Shown here: one piece after another, positions 1-11,000 of the stretch
Numbering within the stretch: position 1 is the first letter of the stretch
How the letters are laid out: each line of letters begins with the position of its first letter
Source: an uncultured virus (IMG/VR IMGVR_UViG_3300035162_003174)
Taxonomy: Duplodnaviria > Heunggongvirae > Uroviricota > Caudoviricetes
DNA: 64,000 nt
Direction: 5' to 3' (one strand)
IMG/VR virus record: IMGVR_UViG_3300035162_003174
Notes under the pieces: model-generated
Seen by the model: the letters and a program-made list of their open reading frames with translations, nothing else
What the model was told of the DNA's origin: nothing
Databases searched by the model: none
Position numbers and translations under genes: made by a program

Positions 1-36
1 TGATAGTCTCAGATTATTAGAGATTTATAAAGGCAT

Positions 37-60
37 AAAAAAAGAGGACTAAACCTCTTT
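37..60 (-). terminator. Intrinsic terminator after the last fibre gene
   Basis: Minus strand reads AAAGAGG-TTTAGT-CCTCTTT followed by a T run, 25 nt past the stop of 86..1180. Confidence 0.7.
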
Positions 61-85
61 ATTATTATTTCTATTAATTTTGGTT

Positions 86-1180
86 CTATATTGAACTATT
101 TCCTTGTGGGTACTCTACCAACATCTTATCAATATCTTTTCTTTCGGCTTGTATTAAGTAAAAACACTTAACTTTAGAACTTAAAATGTTTGAATTTCCT
201 ACGATTACAGTATTATCAACAATATCCTTAACAAATAAGTTTTGATGTGACCCAATAGGTGTTAACTGTACCGTTATAGTAGTTTCATCAACTAATTCTA
301 ACCAATAATCCGGTAACTCAATAACTTTACCATTCTCTAATTTACCTCTAACATAAACTCCGTGTTCAGGACCCTCTAATGAACCATGTCTTAAATTAAA
401 ACCATCTTTAGTTGGGTGAGGTATTAAGAACGACTTAGACGTGGCTTGTAAATTACCCAGACCATCTACTTCAAAATTTAGTTTACCATTTTGGTCATAA
501 CCTTCAATCTGATTAACGGTGGTATTAGAACTACTTCGTATTTGAAGAACCGTAGTGTATGAATTATCCGCTTCGAGATATACTCTTGGTCTGGTACCAG
601 TAATAATACTACTATTAGATTTATATATTTTTGTCGCTTCAGCACTTGTGGCTGCAAATGATAAATCATTAGCCGATTGAGTTAATATTCTTGCTGAACT
701 TAAATTACCATTTGAACCATATATATTAGTATTTCCCGCAGATGTAATAAATCCAGCGTCGTTATTAAATGATGATATCTTAATATTTCCTGGCGCAATT
801 TTAAATTGACTGTTAGATGAATTTACAACAGTAAAGAAATCAGCATCACTCGGAGTTGTTGTCGTAGATAATTCTGAAAGGTCAATCGTTAACGATAAAT
901 TACCCCCTAACGATACGGAAGCGGTTGACGTATCAATACCTATACCCGCAGTTACACTAAACGATGAATTGTCAAGTGAAGCGTTTGGTATTGTATTAAA
1001 ATCAACATTACCCACTCCATCAGTCATTAGGACTTCTTTAGCCCCACCATCCGAAGTTGGGAACGTATAGTCGCCGTTAAATGTTATCCCCCCACCAGTA
1101 GCAATGTTTAATCGTACACTACCTCCTGATGTTAGGTTTAACCCTGTTGAATTACTGTAATATGTTCCGTTAGTGGCCAT
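86..1180 (-). CDS. Tail fibre / receptor-binding-type protein with a conserved phage C-terminal domain
   Basis: 364 aa, G/S/T/N-rich. It carries a YTFPTSDG..VLMTDG fibre motif. The C-terminal KSFLIPHP..LRHGSLEGPE..VY.RG...LPDYW block is commonly seen at phage fibre ends. Confidence 0.6.
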   Translation of the reverse strand: MATNGTYYSNSTGLNLTSGGSVRLNIATGGGITFNGDYTFPTSDGGAKEVLMTDGVGNVDFNTIPNASLDNSSFSVTAGIGIDTSTASVSLGGNLSLTIDLSELSTTTTPSDADFFTVVNSSNSQFKIAPGNIKISSFNNDAGFITSAGNTNIYGSNGNLSSARILTQSANDLSFAATSAEATKIYKSNSSIITGTRPRVYLEADNSYTTVLQIRSSSNTTVNQIEGYDQNGKLNFEVDGLGNLQATSKSFLIPHPTKDGFNLRHGSLEGPEHGVYVRGKLENGKVIELPDYWLELVDETTITVQLTPIGSHQNLFVKDIVDNTVIVGNSNILSSKVKCFYLIQAERKDIDKMLVEYPQGNSSI

Positions 1181-1206
1181 TTTTTATTTTTTTTGTTTTT
1201 GGCTTT

Positions 1207-1228
1207 GGGAGAGAAATTAATCTCTCCC
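1207..1228 (-). promoter_or_regulatory. 5' leader hairpin, copy 1
   Basis: Perfect stem GGGAGAGA-TTAATT-TCTCTCCC followed by AAAGCCAA. It lies between the TATTTATC motif (1246-1253) and the ATG at 1180. Confidence 0.55.
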
Positions 1229-1245
1229 GTTAATTATAGTTTATT

Positions 1246-1253
1246 GATAAATA
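1246..1253 (-). promoter_or_regulatory. Putative late promoter motif TATTTATC
   Basis: Recurrent intergenic motif on the coding strand upstream of structural genes. Confidence 0.55.
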
Positions 1254-1289
1254 GTTTCAATACAAATTATATTGATTTTTTTATCTTAA

Positions 1290-3398
1290 TTATATTACTT
1301 GTACCCAACCGAATGATTTAAAGATATAAACCCCTTCATCATTATCTGTTTGATAAACCATCAAACCTGTTGCTGGACTAGAAATTGCGATACGTTGGTC
1401 TTCTATCATCCTTGGGAATAAGAAACCTTGAGTAGTTGACGATACCTCTAATTTCGCAGATACTACCGGTACATCAGTACCGATACCAACATTGTCATTA
1501 ACATTATCGTAATGGAAATCTCCACCACCAATTTCAAAATCACCACCTGTAAACCTTAATAGGTTACCAGATTGAGTAACTGTTCTTGCTCCTGCCAAAG
1601 TACCATCATCTGTATAGATGTTTTGAGATACTACCGAACCATCAATACTAAGGTCAAGTAAATTAGCCGCTCCATTAATTATTACTGAACCATCAGCAGA
1701 TGCGAAGGTTAGTGATTGACCTAAACCAATAGCTGGACTAGCACCTGTAGTACCAACAAATGTTAATGAATCATTCACTAATCTTGCGTTTGCAATAGAA
1801 CCATCAATTAACGCTGCCGTTACTGATGCTCCCGCACTTACCGTGAAATTAACTTCAGACGAATCAACAAAGTTACCACCCGTAAATACATCCGCTAAAA
1901 CTTCAGTATTAAAGTCAGAAACCTGAGACGCCGTAATATCAATTGTCTGAGAACCCGCCGCAGTTAATCTACCTTGAGAATCTACTGAAAATGTTGTCGT
2001 ACTCTGAGCATTAATAGGGTAAGATGCTGAATTTACTCCTGTATCATCTAAATTAATTTCAACTGAACCACCAGTATTAACAGATGTAAGAGCTGTTCCA
2101 CCTAAAATTGAGATGGTACCACCTAAGTTAATCGTTGATGAGTCATCATCAGCGGTAACTGTAAAATCAAACCCTGAAGCTGTTACATCAGGTTTACCGT
2201 TACTTAGTTCTAAGGTTAATGTTCCCGTACTTAATGTTGCTCCTGTTACATATGAATCCGAAACCGATGCCGCGTTAACCGTAAGGTCAAATGTACCTGA
2301 ACCGTTATCAGCAATTACTACTGAACTATCAGATGAACTGTACGTTATTGTTCCACCTAAATCTACCGAACCAGTACCTGTAGTACCAGCAGTATTAATA
2401 GATGAGTTTACTAAAACTCCTGATACGGATGCTCCGTTAACTACTGTGAAGTCAATACCTGACGCTCCTGTAGTATCTGTAAAGTTAGCCGCTGTAAAGA
2501 TAGCCGTTTCAGATGCTGCCGTAAAGTCAGAAACTTGAGATGCCGTAATATCAATTGATACGTCAGACGCCGCAGTTAATTGACCTTGTGCGTTAACTGT
2601 AAATGTTGCCACTGTATTAGCTGAACCATAAGAACCTAAAGTTACCGTAGTATTATCAAGGTTAATTTGCATGGTTAAAGACCCATCGTCAGCAGTTGAA
2701 ATACCTGTACCACCTAAAATATTAAGTCTATCACCGTTATACATTTGTGATGTACCAGCATCCCCATTTGTGAACCAAGATAAACCTGTCACATCTACAT
2801 TACTTCCATCATTTCTCTTAAGTCTTAATGTTCCATCAGATGGTGTGTTAATTGTTCCACCTGTTACGAATGTATCTGTTCCGTCAATACCTGTAATTGT
2901 AATGTCAGATTCTAATCCTCCGTTTATCGCTAAGGTAATTGTACCTGCGTTGTATGTTCCTGAAGTAATGAATGGAAGCTCAAAAGTTCCATTTACAGTA
3001 CCTGTACCTGAACCTGTAAGTCCCCATGAATTATCATAGGACATGTCTGTTAATGCGTCGATAGTGAATGATGAATTACCTATCGTGTTATACGCGACTG
3101 TTACTACGTTTGATGTCTCCGTTACGCCTGTTACTACCGTACCTACGGCGATATCATTACGTGTCTGGACGACACCGTTAGCGTCAGATACTAAAAAATT
3201 AGTATTTGAACTGGACGCCCCCAAACTTTCGATTCTAAACCCTGTCGTTGCTCCTGATACACTTTTAAAGTGAAAGTCAGTACTCGGAGTCAGTGTGTTG
3301 AAACCAAAATCACCTGCGCTGGTGATGAATTGTCTCTCTACTGTTCCCGTTGACAGTTTTAAACCGTTTGCTTGTAAATTTAAACCATTTGTTGCCAT
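1290..3398 (-). CDS. Tail fibre-like repeat protein
   Basis: 702 aa with VTGGT/GTLTL beta-repeats and a 204-aa-period internal duplication (IDITASQVSDF twice). It ends in a GIGT..SAKLEVSST.QGFLFPRM..QR.AI.SPA.GLMVY module. Confidence 0.65.
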   Translation of the reverse strand: MATNGLNLQANGLKLSTGTVERQFITSAGDFGFNTLTPSTDFHFKSVSGATTGFRIESLGASSSNTNFLVSDANGVVQTRNDIAVGTVVTGVTETSNVVTVAYNTIGNSSFTIDALTDMSYDNSWGLTGSGTGTVNGTFELPFITSGTYNAGTITLAINGGLESDITITGIDGTDTFVTGGTINTPSDGTLRLKRNDGSNVDVTGLSWFTNGDAGTSQMYNGDRLNILGGTGISTADDGSLTMQINLDNTTVTLGSYGSANTVATFTVNAQGQLTAASDVSIDITASQVSDFTAASETAIFTAANFTDTTGASGIDFTVVNGASVSGVLVNSSINTAGTTGTGSVDLGGTITYSSSDSSVVIADNGSGTFDLTVNAASVSDSYVTGATLSTGTLTLELSNGKPDVTASGFDFTVTADDDSSTINLGGTISILGGTALTSVNTGGSVEINLDDTGVNSASYPINAQSTTTFSVDSQGRLTAAGSQTIDITASQVSDFNTEVLADVFTGGNFVDSSEVNFTVSAGASVTAALIDGSIANARLVNDSLTFVGTTGASPAIGLGQSLTFASADGSVIINGAANLLDLSIDGSVVSQNIYTDDGTLAGARTVTQSGNLLRFTGGDFEIGGGDFHYDNVNDNVGIGTDVPVVSAKLEVSSTTQGFLFPRMIEDQRIAISSPATGLMVYQTDNDEGVYIFKSFGWVQVI

Positions 3399-3447
3399 GT
3401 TATTATATTTTTTTAATTGGTTATTATCCTCTTAGTATTAGTTAGGC

Positions 3448-4920
3448 TTATAGTATACTTACCCATCCTAAAGATTTATACATATATAAACCTTCCTCAG
3501 CATCCACAGTAGTGTTTGTACAATACAGTAAAAGACCAGGTAAAGGTGTGGGTATGTTTTCTCTCTGAGTTTGTGTCATCCTAGGTATTAATAACCCCTG
3601 ATTTTCACTCGCTAACTCTAATAAGGCGCATACAGGTGACGTTGTTCCTGTACCTATTGACACTCCTGTTCCACCACTAAATGTTATGTGATGAGTGTCT
3701 TGTTCTACGATACGGTCACCTTCAAGTGTTCCGTCATCCGTATATATATTAGTATTTATGGCTCCTAACCCTGTTATTGTAGATGTGGTACCATCATTAT
3801 TATTTAATGTAATTGTACCACCACTATTATATGTACCTCCCGTTACCTCAGCGGCAAATCCTGTGGCAATAAAATCCACTCCGTCATTTAACCCTAAAGT
3901 TAATTCTTTTGATACTTGACTATACGACATTCCTGTCACATAAGTGTCTTCTGTAGTTCCCGTAGTGAATCCTGAGATTGGTAAACTACCACCATCACTT
4001 CTATTTAAAGTTAATATCCCAGAGGCATTATCGTAAGTACCACCACTAACTACAATATCTGTAGGTACTATCCATTGCCCATCACCCCTATAGAATGTTG
4101 TTGAATCAGGAGTACCACCATTATTCATTAAACCAATGGTCATCTCGTTAGCACTAATCGCCGAATCGGTAGCTATTCCCGCTCCTCCTGATGTAATAAC
4201 GCCAGCAAACTTTAAAGTAAATCCGTCAACAACATCAATCGGTACTGCCGGAGCTTGATTATCACCTTCAGCAAACCAACTCGTGTAAGAACTAGAACTA
4301 CCCGTACTGAATCCTGTAACGTTGAATGTTCCACCCGTAGTATTAGTAAAAATGGCTGTACCATTACTATAGGTACCACCTGTTACTGTAACATCGGTAC
4401 CATAAAATATTCTCCATCTGGCGTTTGTTCGTGTAACTCCACTAACTCCTTCTATTGAGGAGTCTAACCATGCGTTAACTAAAGCTAAACCTGGTGTTGT
4501 GTTATCGAATACTGTATAACTTCCTTCGAACGGGTCGGTTTCAGTCGCTCCACTCGCAGCATTAAATAAAGTTTCATAATTAGGTATAATATACTGATAA
4601 ACTGTATCTGTTTCATGAACGTAAACTTGCATACCTAATCTACGTCTACCCGATGTTATACCATCATTTTCAATGGTTAACTTACTAGGTACAAATCCAA
4701 GGGGAGATTTACTATAAAAAATAGGTATAGTATTACCACTATTATATATAACCCCACTCGCCCCAAAAGTTTGGTAATTTAAATTAGAAAGTGACCACAC
4801 TTCCATATAACCTCCAGCACCTAATACACTAAAGTTAGTCCCTATAATTTCTACGGGGGAAACAACGTTTGTTTGTGGTAATATTACTCCGGAACTAGGG
4901 TTTCTATATATAAACGACAT
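3448..4920 (-). CDS. Tail fibre-like repeat protein, paralogous C-terminus to 1290..3398
   Basis: 490 aa with an RRRLGMQVYV module and four VTGGTY-type repeats. It shares NIYTDDGTL and the ..PRM..QR..I..P..GL..Y....EG.Y..KS.GWV C-terminus with the neighbouring gene. Confidence 0.6.
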   Translation of the reverse strand: MSFIYRNPSSGVILPQTNVVSPVEIIGTNFSVLGAGGYMEVWSLSNLNYQTFGASGVIYNSGNTIPIFYSKSPLGFVPSKLTIENDGITSGRRRLGMQVYVHETDTVYQYIIPNYETLFNAASGATETDPFEGSYTVFDNTTPGLALVNAWLDSSIEGVSGVTRTNARWRIFYGTDVTVTGGTYSNGTAIFTNTTGGTFNVTGFSTGSSSSYTSWFAEGDNQAPAVPIDVVDGFTLKFAGVITSGGAGIATDSAISANEMTIGLMNNGGTPDSTTFYRGDGQWIVPTDIVVSGGTYDNASGILTLNRSDGGSLPISGFTTGTTEDTYVTGMSYSQVSKELTLGLNDGVDFIATGFAAEVTGGTYNSGGTITLNNNDGTTSTITGLGAINTNIYTDDGTLEGDRIVEQDTHHITFSGGTGVSIGTGTTSPVCALLELASENQGLLIPRMTQTQRENIPTPLPGLLLYCTNTTVDAEEGLYMYKSLGWVSIL

Positions 4921-5007
4921 TTGTTACCTTTATTATTTTTATTATTATTATTATTACTATAAGTAGTTTAAAACCACCTTAGTATTTGTTTTTTTAATTC
5001 TTATTTT

Positions 5008-7983
5008 TTATCCGACAGTCAAACCTTTAAAATATATCTCATCAGTATTATTATTCTGGATGTTAAATGCGGTATTACCATACGAAGTATACATTCTATA
5101 AGTATCGGCCGCCCAATTAACTCCACTATAATTACCCGCTAAATTATATATTGATGGACTCAGAGACCTAGCAGTAAGTACACCAGGGTCAGAATTAACA
5201 TTATAACCAATATCTAATTGTCTATTAGATGTTAATCCTAACTGAGATTGTGGTATTAACCAATGGTACCAAGCTGCTCCTGAAACTGTTCCTATAGGTA
5301 TTTCAGTCGTTTCAAAATTATATTGAGTAATTGCATTACCAAAGGAATCAACCCCTCCTGACGTTTGAGGTATAACCGCCTCAATTACAGTAGGTGCGGT
5401 ACCGTTATAGAACCCTGGCCAATCCATAAATGTTACAATATCTGAACCTGTAGATGGTGGTGTTGAGAAACCAAACCCAAAGAATCCTGACCCTTGGTTA
5501 TTCATATAAGTCGCAAATGCGTTGTTATTAGTACTTTCAATAATAAATAATAAAGCTTTAGGTGCTACTCCTTGAGTCGGTGTTGGTGTTGGTGTCACAG
5601 TAGTTGTTGGAGTATTAGTTGGAGTAACTGTTGGAGTTACAGTATTAGTTGGCGTAATTGTCGGAGTTACCGCTGCCGTACCTGTTGGTGTATTAGTCGG
5701 AGTAACCGTATTAGTTGGTTCTGGAGTTGATGTTACCGCCGCAGTTCCTGTTGGTGTATTAGTTGGTGTAACCGTATTAGTTGGTTCTGGAGTTGATGTT
5801 ACCGCTGCAGTTCCTGTTGGAGTTACAGTATTAGTTGGTGTATTAGTTGGTTCTGGAGTTGATGTTACCGCCGCAGTTCCTGTTGGTGTATTAGTTGGTG
5901 TAACCGTATTAGTTGGCGTAATTGTCGGAGTTACCGCTGCCGTACCTGTTGGAGTATTAGTTGGAGTAACTGTTGGAGTTACAGTATTAGTTGGTTCTGG
6001 AGTTGATGTTACTTGAGCGGTACCTGTTGGAGTATTAGTTGGAGTGACCGTATTAGTTGGTTCTGGAGTTGATGTTACCGCCGCAGTTCCTGTTGGTGTA
6101 TTAGTTGGAGTAACTGTTGGAGTTACAGTATTAGTTGGCGTAATTGTAATAGTTGGTTTTGGAGTTGATGTTACCGCAGCAGTTCCTGTTGGTGTTACAG
6201 TATTAGTTGGTGTATTAGTTGGTGTTACTTGAGCGGTACCTGTTGGGGTAACGGTATTTGTTGGCGTTATCGTTGGTGTTACTTGAGCAGTTCCTGTTGG
6301 AGTAACTGTGTTAGTTGGAGTATTAGTTGGTGTTACAGTATTAGTTGGTGTGTTAGTTGGAGTTACTGACGCGGTACCTGTTGGTGTAACGGATGGAGTA
6401 TCTGTCGGTGTAGTAGTAACTGTTGGCGTATTAGTTACCGTAACTGATGGTGTACCTGTTGGAGTAACAGATGGAGTATCTGTTGGAGTTACAGTATTTG
6501 TTGGAGTATTAGTCGGAGTTACTGACGCAGTACCTGTTGGTGTATTAGTTGGAGTAACTGTATTTGTCGGCGTTATTGTTGGTGTAACTTGAGCGGTTCC
6601 TGTTGGAGTAACTGTAGTCGTTACCGAAGGTGTTGGGGTAATTTCAGCAGTAGCGGTAGGTGTGATTGTAGTGGTTACCGAAGGTGTTGGTGTTACCTCA
6701 GCAGTGGCAGATGGTGTCACTGTATTGGTTGGAGTCGGAGTTTGAGTTACTACAGCAGTTTGAGTTGGTGTTACAGTATTTGTAGGTGTAATTGTAGGAG
6801 TTACTTGAGCAGTTCCTGTTGGAGTAACTGTGTTAGTTGGTGTGTTAGTTGGCGTAACGGATGGTGTCGCAGTATTTGTTGGTGTCACTGTTGGGCTAGC
6901 ACCTGGAGTATCTGTCGGTGTAGTAGTAACTGTTGGCGTATTAGTTACCGTAACTGATGGTGTACCTGTTGGAGTAACTGATGGTGTACCTGTCGGTGTA
7001 GTAGTAACTGTTGGGGTATTAGTTACGGTAACAGATGGTGTACCTGTTGGAGTTACAGTATTTGTTGGGGTATTAGTTACGGTAACAGATGGTGTACCTG
7101 TCGGTGTAGTAGTAACTGTTGGGGTATTAGTTACGGTAACAGATGGTGTACCTGTCGGTGTAACTGTTGCAGTTACTGAAGGTGTAACTTCAGCAGTTAT
7201 TGATGGAGTTACAGTAGTTGTTGGTGTATTTGTTGGTGTTATCCCTGGAGTAGTTGCTGGTGTTCCTGTTGGTGTGTTAGTTGGAGTAACGGATGGCGTA
7301 CCTGTTGGTGAACTAGTAACCGTTGCAGTAATTGTAGGAGTTACTGTATTAGTGACTGTATTTGTTGGTGTGTTAGTTGGTGTTACACCTGGCGTAGTTG
7401 CTGGTGTTCCTGTTGGTGTGTTAGTTGGTGTAGACGTTAATGTTACTGTAGGAGTAATTGTAGGAGTTACTGTATTTGTTGGTGTACTTGTTGGGCTAGC
7501 ACCTGGAGTATCTGTCGGTGTTACCGTCACAGTTTGAGTTGGAGTATTAGTAGGCGTAACATCAATAGTGTTTGTTGGAGTAGTAGTAACTGTTGGAGTG
7601 ACTGTCATAGTCATCGTTACTGTCTGTGTTGGCGTTGGAGTGGCCTGAGCCTGAGTCGGAGTGTTTGTTGGAGTAACTGTATTTGTTGGAGTAAGAGTTG
7701 GAGTAACAGTAAGAGTTGGTGTAACAGTCGGTGTGACTGCCGATTCGTAAACAACTACCTGTTTAGAGACAGTTTCATTATTACAACCAACTTGTTTATT
7801 AACTACAAGTATAAGGTATTGAATACCTGCAACTGAACCTGGTAAGTCTAAAACAACTCCCGCAATAATTTGGTCTCTAGTTACACCCGTTTTAATCGGC
7901 GTAGTTGCGGTAGAGGCGGTATATATACTGAATGGTCCGACTGCATTTGAACTTAAGGTTAATCTTATTATTACTTGAGACAT
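5008..7983 (-). CDS. Putative virion surface protein with a very long Thr/Pro-rich (Thr-Xaa)n tract
   Basis: 991 aa: ~80-aa N-terminal domain, ~720-aa TPT/TVT/TNT tract, ~185-aa globular C-terminus. Confidence 0.7.
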   Translation of the reverse strand: MSQVIIRLTLSSNAVGPFSIYTASTATTPIKTGVTRDQIIAGVVLDLPGSVAGIQYLILVVNKQVGCNNETVSKQVVVYESAVTPTVTPTLTVTPTLTPTNTVTPTNTPTQAQATPTPTQTVTMTMTVTPTVTTTPTNTIDVTPTNTPTQTVTVTPTDTPGASPTSTPTNTVTPTITPTVTLTSTPTNTPTGTPATTPGVTPTNTPTNTVTNTVTPTITATVTSSPTGTPSVTPTNTPTGTPATTPGITPTNTPTTTVTPSITAEVTPSVTATVTPTGTPSVTVTNTPTVTTTPTGTPSVTVTNTPTNTVTPTGTPSVTVTNTPTVTTTPTGTPSVTPTGTPSVTVTNTPTVTTTPTDTPGASPTVTPTNTATPSVTPTNTPTNTVTPTGTAQVTPTITPTNTVTPTQTAVVTQTPTPTNTVTPSATAEVTPTPSVTTTITPTATAEITPTPSVTTTVTPTGTAQVTPTITPTNTVTPTNTPTGTASVTPTNTPTNTVTPTDTPSVTPTGTPSVTVTNTPTVTTTPTDTPSVTPTGTASVTPTNTPTNTVTPTNTPTNTVTPTGTAQVTPTITPTNTVTPTGTAQVTPTNTPTNTVTPTGTAAVTSTPKPTITITPTNTVTPTVTPTNTPTGTAAVTSTPEPTNTVTPTNTPTGTAQVTSTPEPTNTVTPTVTPTNTPTGTAAVTPTITPTNTVTPTNTPTGTAAVTSTPEPTNTPTNTVTPTGTAAVTSTPEPTNTVTPTNTPTGTAAVTSTPEPTNTVTPTNTPTGTAAVTPTITPTNTVTPTVTPTNTPTTTVTPTPTPTQGVAPKALLFIIESTNNNAFATYMNNQGSGFFGFGFSTPPSTGSDIVTFMDWPGFYNGTAPTVIEAVIPQTSGGVDSFGNAITQYNFETTEIPIGTVSGAAWYHWLIPQSQLGLTSNRQLDIGYNVNSDPGVLTARSLSPSIYNLAGNYSGVNWAADTYRMYTSYGNTAFNIQNNNTDEIYFKGLTVG
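5575..7740. repeat. Coding low-complexity repeat with nested tandem units
   Basis: 6-nt periodicity throughout. 66-nt units start at 5711, 5777 and 5843, and 54-nt units at 7021, 7075 and 7129. Confidence 0.9.
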
Positions 7984-8001
7984 TTATTAATACGTTTGTT
8001 A

Positions 8002-8009
8002 TATAAATA
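8002..8009 (-). promoter_or_regulatory. Putative late promoter motif TATTTATA
   Basis: 18 nt upstream of the ATG at 7983. Confidence 0.6.
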
Positions 8010-8092
8010 CTACAAGATTGTAAAATACAATCTTCTATTTACTTTTTTATTTGGTTTTTAGTTATAACTTATTATATATATAACACCCATTT

Positions 8093-11000
8093 CTATGATA
8101 CCGTATACCCTATCAAAATATTCGGATTCGTTGTTGCGACAGTGAATTGGTGATTTCCACTCGCATTATCAACATTTATTTGTATAACACCATTAACAGT
8201 AACAGTTAAGTTAGTTGTCGGATATTGAACACATCCACTACCTGCAGGTATCTGACTAGCCCCATTGATTGATATTACATCCCCAATTTGTAAGGGTATA
8301 TTCTGAGTATTAGCATATGTGCCTGTACCCGACACTCTACTATAATTAAATATTGTTGACGAACCGTTAGTTATAGTTATCGAACCAAATGAACAATCTT
8401 GAGCATTAGTTTGAATAGTTAACGTTGACGCCGCTGGTGTCGGTGTAGGAGTTGGGGTTGGGGTTGGTGAAGGTCCACATGGTGGTACATTATAACCTAA
8501 ATTATTAATTGCTGTAATTATTAGGTCCATATAATATTGTGGTGTGGAACTAGGTGTCACATCATACGTATTATGTATTTCGGTTTTATCGGATAACCCA
8601 AAAGGTACCGTATATTGACCTAAACCACCTTCAACCGACTGTAATAATTCTTTAAAATTAGCGAATATGCCGGAAGTTGATGTCTGAACTTGGAAATACT
8701 CACCAAGAATATAATTAGTTGGATTATTATCGATGTTCGACCTTAAAGTTGTTATGTCGGTATTAAAGGTAGAGGTTCTCGGTGTTAAATTATTCCAACC
8801 GCCAGCCCCACCATATGGACTTGCCTCGTCTTGGAACGATAAGTTAATAACTTTAGTAATTGATGATGTTGTACCGGTTGTCGCTAAACATGCATATCCT
8901 CTCTCAAATAATCCCACGTCCGCCGCCATTTCTAAAACTCTAACTCTACTATCATATAGTGCTGAGTCATTGTTGTAAAACGGTAGTAGACATGTTTTAA
9001 GAATAGTAGTCGCCATAGTATTTAATGGCGTTTCAGTACCACTCATAGAACCTGAATCATCAAAGAATATATTAATTTCGGTTTCATCATCAATTACAAC
9101 CACTGCTTGTGTCGGAGTAGGTGTTGGCGTTAAAGTATTTGTTGGTGTTGGTGTTGGTGTCGGAATATCAATACACGTTATGTCATATATAATCTTAGTA
9201 CTCAACCTAAAGTACACTCCCTTTAATTCTTCACAGTCAGAAATAATAGTTATTTGATTATTATTAATGTCTAATGTAAAGCTTTCAATTTGAGGTATTA
9301 GTAAAAGTATAGTGTTAACGGCATCCATCCATTGTTGAGCACTTGGGTATTCACTTAATGTTGTTCCCGTATAAAATGGGTATTCGATATGTATTGGTGG
9401 AGTTATCACTCCCCCTGAAAAATCAACTATCGCGTAGAATACCGCACTATTTAAAGTACAATCAGTATGTCCTGAGGTTAAATCATTAAACCCTTCATTT
9501 AACATTGTTTCAAAATCCCTAATACCTGCTGACGTAGTTATAAAGTCATTCTCACAAATCTCGTTTAATTCGTAACATTCAACATTTTGACTGTTACAGT
9601 TAATTGTTACCGAATCAGTATCGACACAACCATTGGCATCTATTATGGTCGCAGAATATGTACCACCACTTAAACCGCTAATTGACATGGTAGTTTCACC
9701 ATTGTCCCACTGAATAATAAAAGGAGCTAACCCTTGGAAGATAGATATAGTCGCAGTACCATCGTTACCCGTAACACAGTTAGTTGTCATTATAGCGAAA
9801 TCCATACCTGTTGATGCACCTATAGTAATGGTTTCCGATACCGTACAATTTAAACGGTCAGTTACTTCTAAAAGGTATGTCGATGGGACTAAATTAGATA
9901 TTTGTAATGTAGTTAGGTTAACATCTATTACCGAATAAACAACCGCACTTGTGTTTATGTTAGTTAATGTATAATCAAATGGAAGTTGTAATGGTAATGA
10001 ACCCGCAGTTAAAGTAACATTAATCTCCCCATTATTACCGCAAGTCCCACTAACTATCGTAGTACCTACAGTGAATTTTGGATTATTAGTTATGGTTTCT
10101 TGAGTAGTGTAAGTACAAGAACCATTTTGTGTTGATATAGTAACAGTATAGGTATCTGAAGGTAAATTATTAAACGTGTGTGATTGGGAACTCGTACTAA
10201 TAGACTGTACTGAACCATTACTATCAGTTACACTGTAAGTGAATATCCCTTGTGGGGCGCTAATCTGTATAGATATATCCCCGTCATTATTACAGTCAGA
10301 GTTTGTAGTATTAACACTAACAATGTTAAATCCAGCAGTTGACGTTATATTTTGAATAGATGTTATACTACACCCACCAGCATCTGTGATTATGGTACTA
10401 TTAAACCCGCCACATAAACCTGTAAATACCTGACTTAAATTATTAGTGGTTACAACAGGACCACTACTGTTTTGAAAAATATATGGTGCACTACCTCCAG
10501 ATATCGTGATATTAACTTGACCATCACATATGAAACAATCGGCTTGGGTTGGAATTGTTGACACAACACCTAATGGACTAGCTAGACCAACGTTAAATGA
10601 ATCACTAACCACACATCCAAGTGAGTCCGTCACATTAACTGACCAATTACCTTGACCTAACCCTGTTGTGGTTACACCTGTCTGATTATTTGACCATAAA
10701 TACGTATATGGTGGTGTACCTCCGGTAATATCAGTAACAGTGGCACTACCAACTCCAACTCCACATGGTGAGTCATCAACAACAACAACATTATAACTAA
10801 TTACCGAAGTATTAACTATTACCGCGTTATTTGTTTGTGCCGTTGCACCTCCGAAATCGGTAACTATAGCATAATAGGTACCCGGTATTAACCCTATAAA
10901 ACTTTGGTTAGGTAATAAACTATTGTTTGATTGTGTAATACCTGCATTATTATATAAATCGTATTGATATGGTGAAGATAAGGAATTACTCGTAACCGTT

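Noticed and set aside
2113..4458. Plus-strand ORFs of 67-141 aa opposite the fibre genes
   Set aside because: They are fully nested antisense to long coherent genes, with no leaders or motifs.
4930..4957. (TTA)n microsatellite upstream of 3448..4920
   Set aside because: Short, low-complexity AT-rich leader sequence with no evidence of function.
5575..7740. Possible CRISPR array or DGR-like repeat
   Set aside because: The repeats are in-frame coding units without unique spacers. There is no cas gene, reverse transcriptase or adenine-specific TR/VR pair in the window.
6044..7836. Plus-strand Val/Gly-rich and Cys/Trp-rich ORFs
   Set aside because: They are antisense shadows of the Thr-Xaa repeat; stop-free frames are expected from the codon pattern.
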